Positions 57,294-64,000 of a stretch of DNA of 64,000 bases are shown here, piece by piece; the stretch's first letter is position 1, and each line of letters opens with the position of its first letter. The DNA lies in contig CAZPLO010000003.1 of assembly GCA_964587725.1 (NCBI GenBank), positions 21,660-85,659 of the forward strand, in the 5' to 3' direction. This stretch comes from an uncultured archaeon. GTDB taxonomy: Archaea > Altiarchaeota > Altiarchaeia > IMC4 > SCGC-AAA252-I15. The translations under genes and the position numbers were made by a program. Under the pieces are notes generated by a model. It did no database searches. It was not told the DNA's origin and worked only from the letters and a program-made list of their open reading frames with translations.

Positions 57294-58376
57294 ATGGATT
57301 CGATAGTCAACGCGGCCATACAGCACGGTACACTGGAGCGGCGCCTCTACGACGAGTTCGACGAGGCCGACCATCTTAAGATAGTCGTCTGCGGCATAGG
57401 CGGCGCAGGCAACAACAGTATCAGCAGGCTCAACCGCATCGGCATAGGCGGCGCGGAACTGGTTGCGATAAACACAGACAAACAGGACCTCCAGAAACTG
57501 GGGGGCGACATGACCAAAATACTCATCGGCGCCAAACTGATGCGGGGTCTGGGCGCAGGCGGGTTCCCGGAGCTGGGCGCCAAAGCGGCTGAAGCCAGCC
57601 ACCATGAGCTCGCCGACGTCCTGGCAGGCACCCACCTGATGTTTCTGACGGCGGGGATGGGTGGCGGCACCGGAACCGGAGCCGCACCCGTGGTGGCGGA
57701 GATCGGGAAGGAGTTGGGAGCCATCGTCGTCGCGGTCGTTACGTACCCGTTCAATCTGGAGCGGGCGCGCCTGAACAAGGCGAAGGAGGGCATCGAGCGC
57801 CTGCGCAAGGTGGCGGACACGGTCATCGTAGTGGACAACAACAAACTAGTCGAATACGTCCCTAACCTGCCGTTGGACAAGGCGTTCAGCGTCGCGGACG
57901 AGGTCGTCGCCAGGGCGGTGAAGGGTATTACGGAGACGATTATGGAGCCGAGCCTAATCAACCTCGACTTCGCCGACATACGGTCTGTTATGGGCGGCGG
58001 CTCCGTGGCAGTGATAAGCGTAGGCGACGGCGAAGGCGTCGACAAATGCGAGCTCGCCGTGCGTAACACCCTCGACCATCCTCTGTTGGACGTCGACTAC
58101 AGGGGAGCAACCGGTGCGTTGATACACATTACCGGCGGAGCCGACCTCACCCTGGGTGAGGCCAACAGCGTCGGCCAGCTGATAACCGACCAGCTAGACT
58201 CCAAGGCCTCTGTCACCTGGGGAGCCCGCGTGGACCCCGACTTGGAGGACAAGATAGAGGTTATCGCCATAATAACTGGAGTGAAGAGTCCGAACATCGT
58301 CGGCGCCACCACGCAGTCGGCGTACAGCGGCTACGAGCAGCCGGACCAGGAGAGTTGGGGCCTCAAAGGCCTTTAG
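57294..58376 (+). CDS. ftsZ: cell division protein FtsZ (FtsZ2-like)
   Basis: GIGGAGNN, GLGAGG, AGMGGGTGTG, DNNKL..YVPNLP, INLDFAD. Confidence 0.96.
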   Translation: MDSIVNAAIQHGTLERRLYDEFDEADHLKIVVCGIGGAGNNSISRLNRIGIGGAELVAINTDKQDLQKLGGDMTKILIGAKLMRGLGAGGFPELGAKAAEASHHELADVLAGTHLMFLTAGMGGGTGTGAAPVVAEIGKELGAIVVAVVTYPFNLERARLNKAKEGIERLRKVADTVIVVDNNKLVEYVPNLPLDKAFSVADEVVARAVKGITETIMEPSLINLDFADIRSVMGGGSVAVISVGDGEGVDKCELAVRNTLDHPLLDVDYRGATGALIHITGGADLTLGEANSVGQLITDQLDSKASVTWGARVDPDLEDKIEVIAIITGVKSPNIVGATTQSAYSGYEQPDQESWGLKGL

Positions 58377-59574
58377 TCATCTCACCAATCAGCTTCCACG
58401 CCTCAGTGAGGGCGCGGCTTCCGTTCTCTTTTATCCCGCGTTCACTGTATGATCTGGCAGCGTCCCCTTTTCTGCGTGTGTCGTAGAGTGCGTAGGGGAC
58501 GGGCTCGTTGGTGTGGGTGCGGACTTCTATCGGCGTGGGATGGTCCGGTATTACAAGTACTGCGTAGTCTCCGTCCAAGCCGTCAAGGACCCTTCCGAGG
58601 ACACGCCGGTCCACGTCCTCTATCGCCCGTATCTTGTGTTCGACGCTGCCTTCATGGCCTGCCTCGTCGGTGCTCTCCACATGCACGTATGTGAGGTCGA
58701 CTTCCTTAAGGCTGTCTACTGCGGCGTCCGCCTTTCCTTCGTAGTTTGTGTCCAGGTATCCTGTGACGCCCTCCACCTCCAACACCTCTAGGCCGATTGT
58801 TCTGGCGAGGCCGTTCAACAAATCCACTGCTGACACCAGCGACCCCCGGAGCCCGTAGAGTTCCTGGAACGGCGGCATGTCGGGGCGGGTTCCAGCCCCC
58901 CAGAACCACACGCGGTTCGCGGGGTTTTCCCCGTCACCGGTTCTCCTCATGTTCACCTCATGTTCTTCCAGTATGCCCGCGGCGTCCTCCGCCAGCCGGT
59001 TTAGGAGTGCTACCGTCTCGGCAGACCCGTGGTCCGCTGGTTTGATAGCGTGTTTCACTGTTTCTTCGCCGACTATGTCGTGGGGTTGGGTGGTGGTGAA
59101 GTCGACGGACGGGTTCCTGTTGGAGCGTATCACCAGCAGGTTCCGGTAGCTTACTCCGGGATAGAATTCCACGCCGTCGCCGCCCAGCCGCCGGTCCAGT
59201 TCCTCCATCAGCCGGCGGGCTTCGGCGTTGCCTATGTGGCCTGCGGTGAAGTCCTTCATCCTCCCATCTTCCGCAGTAACAAGGTTGCAGCGTAAAGCCA
59301 CGTCCCCTTCGCAGAGTTCCACGCCGAGGTTCGCGGCCTCCAGTGGGGCGCGGCCGCTGAAGTATCTGCGGGGGTCGTATCCCATGATGCCCATGTTGGC
59401 GATGGAGCTGTCGTATGGGAGTTCCCGGTAGAATGTCTGCGCCATACCGCACACCCCCTCCCGCGCAACCAAGTCCATGTTCGGGGTGTCCGCGGCCTCC
59501 ACCGGCGTCCTGCCACCAAGCTCTTTCACGGGGTGGTCCGCCATCCCGTCCGGCACCAGTATCACGTACTTCAT
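58363..59574 (-). CDS. apgM: cofactor-independent phosphoglycerate mutase
   Basis: DGMAD...TP..A.TPNMD, GRAPLEA, HVESTDEAGH, PDHPTP...RTHT.EPVP. Confidence 0.9.
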   Translation of the reverse strand: MKYVILVPDGMADHPVKELGGRTPVEAADTPNMDLVAREGVCGMAQTFYRELPYDSSIANMGIMGYDPRRYFSGRAPLEAANLGVELCEGDVALRCNLVTAEDGRMKDFTAGHIGNAEARRLMEELDRRLGGDGVEFYPGVSYRNLLVIRSNRNPSVDFTTTQPHDIVGEETVKHAIKPADHGSAETVALLNRLAEDAAGILEEHEVNMRRTGDGENPANRVWFWGAGTRPDMPPFQELYGLRGSLVSAVDLLNGLARTIGLEVLEVEGVTGYLDTNYEGKADAAVDSLKEVDLTYVHVESTDEAGHEGSVEHKIRAIEDVDRRVLGRVLDGLDGDYAVLVIPDHPTPIEVRTHTNEPVPYALYDTRRKGDAARSYSERGIKENGSRALTEAWKLIGEMTKGL

Positions 59575-59615
59575 CCTGCCTAGGTTATTATCCCCCCGTA
59601 GTAATAAATCATGCC

Positions 59616-60062
59616 ATGATACGCTCGTTCAGGGCTTCGGACGCCGACGCCATACTCTCACTATACAGGAGTGTGGGACTGTGGTTCGAGGATGTGGGCG
59701 TAAACCGCGACTTCATACTCGCGTCCTCTAGGAGGCCGGACTTCCGTTTCATGGTTGCTGAAGAAGGCGGCGAGGTTGTTGGTTTCGCGGGGGCTCTGTT
59801 TTTCACCGCAGTGGCCAGGGCTGAACTTGGCCCTGTGGGTGTGGGCGAGCGCCGGCGAAGGTCCGGCGTAGGGTCGGCGCTGACGGAGGCCATGCTGGAT
59901 TTCCTCCGCGGCGAAGGCATCCGGAGGGTGGTGGTGAAGGTGAAGGCAGGCAACACAAAAGCGGTGCGTTTCTTCATGGGGCAGGGCTTCGCCCACGACG
60001 CCTACCTGCGCAAATACACGCTGAAGGGGGAGGACGTGGTCCAGCTGGTGCGTTACCTGTAG
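59616..60062 (+). CDS. GNAT acetyltransferase
   Basis: VAEEGGEVVGF, RRRSGVGSAL, N.KA..F....GF. Confidence 0.88.
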   Translation: MIRSFRASDADAILSLYRSVGLWFEDVGVNRDFILASSRRPDFRFMVAEEGGEVVGFAGALFFTAVARAELGPVGVGERRRRSGVGSALTEAMLDFLRGEGIRRVVVKVKAGNTKAVRFFMGQGFAHDAYLRKYTLKGEDVVQLVRYL

Positions 60063-60160
60063 GTTACCCACACGCTTATATATAACTTAACCCTATCATA
60101 GTGGCGTAGTATATGGTGCGGTTGGCTTAGTATATAAAGTCTTAAATAACATATTTTACG

Positions 60161-62236
60161 ATGGAAAGTAAGTCACGCGTTGTTTTTTGCATCCTACTTA
60201 TTTTATCCCTGGGCTCGTATGCCGCGGCCCTAAGCACAAGGGGGATAACGGTCTCAGACGACCCCGTAGACTACTGGGACTCGTTTGAGGTTACTGCGGA
60301 ACTTGGGGGTGATACCTGCAGTCTCGTGGCCGACTTCTACGTAGACGACTTCCGTTTCGCCCGCCAGAACGTGGGCTGCGGCGACAACGAGATTACTGGG
60401 AAATTTGACCTCGACAAAGACGACTGGGAGCTCAGGGGCATCACATGCGGGCCGCATAAGGCGAGGGTGGAGCTGCTGAGACTCAACACCATCATGTTAA
60501 ATGACAGCGTCGACTTCAACATAGGGACTGTGCCGGACCTGGAGTTCACCCCTTTGAAGCCGACGCCCGGCAAGGACGTGCGGGTTAAACTAAAGGACCC
60601 GGACACAGGCAACGTGCTGAAGACCGTGGACGTCAGGATACGCGACCAGTTCGGCGGAGACCCGGTGAGCAGGCGGACCGGCGGAGACGGGACGTTCACT
60701 TTCAAGCCGAACGTCGCCGGCGAATACACCATGAGTGTGCTGGAACGCGACTACTGCGGCGACATAAAATTCTACATCAAGCGGCCGATGATAGTGGACG
60801 GCCCCCACCCCGAGAACCCGGTGGTGAACGAGAACATACTCATTGCCGTCCCCACCGGCGCCTCCGTCGGCGTCAAAGTCATTGACTCGGCAGGGGAACT
60901 CTATCAGACGGTGCCTGTTTCATACAACGGCGGAGCCAACTTCACCATATCCGATCCGGGCGACTACACCATAGTGGTGGGGGAGCTCAGCACCAGATAC
61001 TGGAGCCTCAACAAAACCCTCACCGTCTCGGAGAGGCCGGTGCCTGAAATCACGATAGCGCCGGAGCAGCCGGTGGTGGGCAAGCCCATAACCATCACTG
61101 TGAAATCCAGAGACGACCCGCTGCAGGCCGCCACCGTCGCGGTGCAGAAACCGGACGGCGTGGAACGCGAGTACACGACGTCTTCCGGCGGAACAGTCAA
61201 CTACGACGCCGTCACCGCCACAGGCGAATACACTATACGCGTCTCAAAGGCAAAGTATGAGACGGTGTCCGACACATTCGAAGCCTATCACGGCTTCAAT
61301 GTCGTGTTGGAGCCGGAGTCCCCGACGGTCCAGGACACCATAACCATGACCGTCAACGACCAGGACGGCAACCCCGTCGGAGACGCGTTGGTGGAGATTC
61401 CGGAGGCTGGGTTCAGACGGGTGACCGACATGGGCGGCAGATTGACGTTGAATCTTCAGGAGCCCAGGGAGCACTCCATCCAGATCACCAAGGACCTGTT
61501 CTGGGACAAGACCGTACAGCTCACCCCGTACGGGATGCTGTCCATAGGCGACTGCGTTTCGGAGTTCGAGCTCGGGAACAGCGTAACCATATCCGTGTTC
61601 GACAACTTCAACGACCCCATAACCGCGGACATAAAGGTAACCGACCCAGACGGCATCGTCAGATACTACAGCTCCGAAAGCCAGACGATCACGCCGGAGA
61701 AACCCGGCAGCCACGTGGTCACAGTCAGCAAGACAAACTATCTCAGCGCCAACACCACCTTCACCGTGACCCCCCACCCCCTCGAATTGACATCTACGAT
61801 GGATTCGGGCCGTCTGTTCATAAACGTGACCAGCAGGGGCGAGGGCGTCCCCGGCCTGAGGGTTTCCGTGGCCAGGGACGGGACCGTGCTCAACGGCACC
61901 ACCAACGACGAAGGAGTCGTCTCCTTTGAAATGCGGAGTGAAGGTAACCTCACCGTCACGGTCAACCAGGGCGCGGGCAACAGAGTCTACGAGGAGAAGG
62001 TGGTGGACCAGCAGGTAGTCCGCGCATACAACCTCGTGCTTTTGACCACGCCGCTGCTTCTGATAGGTGGCATAACGTTCCTGACGATATTGGCGATACA
62101 GTTGGGCCGCCACTACTTCGGCAGGGAGTGGAAGCTGCCTGAACGCAAGAAAAAGAAGGTCCGCGGCAAAAGCAGACACGACTCCAGTCTCATGGGCGGC
62201 GAAGGCAAAGGCGGGTCCCGCCTGTCGGACATATGA
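60161..62236 (+). CDS. large surface protein with tandem Ig-like domains and C-terminal TM anchor
   Basis: Signal peptide, repeated P..P.VG..I.I.V...G.Y.I.VSK units, TM followed by a basic tail. Confidence 0.82.
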   Translation: MESKSRVVFCILLILSLGSYAAALSTRGITVSDDPVDYWDSFEVTAELGGDTCSLVADFYVDDFRFARQNVGCGDNEITGKFDLDKDDWELRGITCGPHKARVELLRLNTIMLNDSVDFNIGTVPDLEFTPLKPTPGKDVRVKLKDPDTGNVLKTVDVRIRDQFGGDPVSRRTGGDGTFTFKPNVAGEYTMSVLERDYCGDIKFYIKRPMIVDGPHPENPVVNENILIAVPTGASVGVKVIDSAGELYQTVPVSYNGGANFTISDPGDYTIVVGELSTRYWSLNKTLTVSERPVPEITIAPEQPVVGKPITITVKSRDDPLQAATVAVQKPDGVEREYTTSSGGTVNYDAVTATGEYTIRVSKAKYETVSDTFEAYHGFNVVLEPESPTVQDTITMTVNDQDGNPVGDALVEIPEAGFRRVTDMGGRLTLNLQEPREHSIQITKDLFWDKTVQLTPYGMLSIGDCVSEFELGNSVTISVFDNFNDPITADIKVTDPDGIVRYYSSESQTITPEKPGSHVVTVSKTNYLSANTTFTVTPHPLELTSTMDSGRLFINVTSRGEGVPGLRVSVARDGTVLNGTTNDEGVVSFEMRSEGNLTVTVNQGAGNRVYEEKVVDQQVVRAYNLVLLTTPLLLIGGITFLTILAIQLGRHYFGREWKLPERKKKKVRGKSRHDSSLMGGEGKGGSRLSDI

Positions 62237-62315
62237 TTCAGCCCCTTAGAGTCCGTTATATGCCTTTTTTATTGCCTCAATATTAATGTAATAAAACGCG
62301 GTTTAAGGTGTTTCT

Positions 62316-64000
62316 ATGGCTTGTATAGAACTTTCGAAAAGGAGTTTAATCGCTTTAACGATGGTAGCCGCCCTCCTGTTTCTGGGCGTGAACGTCTCGG
62401 CAGTCGACGTCGACGGAATAAGCGTCGTCGTCCCGTCCTCGATTGAGGCGGGGGAGAACTTCGACGTGGACATAACGTTGGAGAACCCCGACGACACGGA
62501 CACCGCCGAATTCGACATCGAAATCTACGTCGAAGACGTATTGGTCCACGAGGAGGAGGATTACTCCATCGGCTTGGTGGACGGGGACGACGAAACATTC
62601 ACCATCAACTCCAACAACTTCGAAACCGACGACGGCGACGTGTGGGACAAGAACCTGATGGCGTACGCATGCAACGACAACGTGGAAGTCCTCGTCGTGC
62701 TGTCCGGCGACATAGACTGGGAGGACAGCGACGACATAGACATCGAGCCCGACGGCGACAAGGAGCTCAGCTACGACCTGGAGCCCTCCAGCTTCGCGTT
62801 GGACGAGGAGTTCAAGGTGATAGTCTACGATGAAGACGACGACGAGCTCAGCGGCGTCAGCGTGAAGCTGACGTGGATAGACGACACCTCCGGCGATGAA
62901 GCCGGCGCATGGGACATCGAAGACGACTACGAGGCCGAGAACACCGACAGCGACGGGGAGGCGGAGTTCCGCCTGTCCAGGGACATAGGCCGCGACGCAT
63001 ACGGCATGTACCAGGTGGACATATGGGATGACGGATACTGCAAGATAACCTCCACACTGGACATGCGCAACATACTCAACGTAACCGACCCCGTGCCCGC
63101 GAACCCGAAGGTCGGTGAACCCTTCAAGGTTAAGGTGCTCGACCAGTCAGGTGACCCCGCAGTAGGGTTGACCGCCGTGTTAAGCCCCACTACCGCGCGT
63201 TCCACCGTCACATTGGACGGTGAGGTGACCTTCACAGTCGACGCACCGGGCAAATACAGTATCGTGGTCGGCGGCACCGGAACACCGTATGAGGAGACCA
63301 TAAAGACGATTGACGTGTCCGTGCGGCCGCCGCTGTCGGTGACTGTTTCACCGGACCCGCAGGCAGTGGGCAGCGAAGTAACCATAACCGTCACCTCCGA
63401 CGGCGACCCCGTGGAAGGCGCCACCGTTAAGGTGATGCGGGTGGGCGGCGCCGAGCAGACGCTGCCGGGGACGACGTCCAGCTCCGGAGCCATAAGGTAC
63501 ACGCCAACGGAGTCTTCCGACTACACGGTCAAGGTCTCCAAGACCGGCTACGAGGACGGCACCGAAGCGTTCACCGCCAGAAACAGCTTCCAGGTGGACC
63601 TGCCGCCTTCCTCGGAGTTGAAGAGGGGGAATGAACTATCCATAACCGTGCGGGACCAGTCCGGGAACGCGGTGTCCGGAGCCAGCGTGTCCTTGGAAGG
63701 GAGGAGTCTGGGACTAACGGATTCATCAGGCGGTCTCTCATTCATACTTGAAAACGTGGGTTCGATGGAGCTGACCGTGACAAAGAACGGGTTCATGGAC
63801 AGGACCCTGTCTCTCCGGTCTCAGGGCTCCCTGCAGGTTACTTTGGACAGGGCTGAGATAACGTTGGGTGAGAGTGTCACCATCACGGTAACAAACTCCG
63901 ACGGCGAGCCGGTTCAGGCTTCCATCAAGGTGACAGGGCCGGCGGGCAGCGAAACCCACATGGCATCTGAGTACACGCTAACCCCGAATTCGGCGGGTGA
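62316..64000 (+). CDS. large surface protein with acidic N-terminus and Ig-like repeats (3' truncated; absent from the ORF track)
   Basis: Own translation MACIELSKRSLIALTMVAALLFLGVNVSA/VDVDGIS...; Asp/Glu-rich region, then repeats like the upstream gene; frame is consistent at the window end. Confidence 0.82.
   Translation, partial: MACIELSKRSLIALTMVAALLFLGVNVSAVDVDGISVVVPSSIEAGENFDVDITLENPDDTDTAEFDIEIYVEDVLVHEEEDYSIGLVDGDDETFTINSNNFETDDGDVWDKNLMAYACNDNVEVLVVLSGDIDWEDSDDIDIEPDGDKELSYDLEPSSFALDEEFKVIVYDEDDDELSGVSVKLTWIDDTSGDEAGAWDIEDDYEAENTDSDGEAEFRLSRDIGRDAYGMYQVDIWDDGYCKITSTLDMRNILNVTDPVPANPKVGEPFKVKVLDQSGDPAVGLTAVLSPTTARSTVTLDGEVTFTVDAPGKYSIVVGGTGTPYEETIKTIDVSVRPPLSVTVSPDPQAVGSEVTITVTSDGDPVEGATVKVMRVGGAEQTLPGTTSSSGAIRYTPTESSDYTVKVSKTGYEDGTEAFTARNSFQVDLPPSSELKRGNELSITVRDQSGNAVSGASVSLEGRSLGLTDSSGGLSFILENVGSMELTVTKNGFMDRTLSLRSQGSLQVTLDRAEITLGESVTITVTNSDGEPVQASIKVTGPAGSETHMASEYTLTPNSAG

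Overview
Archaeal chromosomal window with GC-rich coding sequence. Diagnostic genes are aCPSF1/FttA, psmB, priS, gatE, aglB, nob1, Sec61-beta, archaeal SRP RNA, archaeal ribC and FtsZ2. The Cys/Thr-rich surface proteins suggest an Altiarchaeota/DPANN-like lineage (inference only). Most of the window is housekeeping, riboflavin synthesis, transport and a surface-glycosylation region. The standout feature is a tandem array of nine VirB2/TrbC-type (T4SS-pilin-like) paralogues at 31153-34625, convergent on aglB. The array has an invariant DDPGGRKQ core, hypervariable ends, paired terminal cysteines, repeated upstream promoter-like elements, patchwork nucleotide identity, and an orphan alternative C-terminal cassette after gene 4. 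Together these suggest a recombination-diversified pilin repertoire. Other structure not explained by the ORFs: a toxin-antitoxin islet bounded by a perfect 33-bp duplication of two overlapping gene ends; an 11-bp duplication of the SRP RNA 3' end enclosing a structured insert; a displaced gatE 5' remnant with an alternative hairpin; and a circularly permuted AT-rich element found at two distant loci. All calls come from reading motifs by eye; no searches were run.
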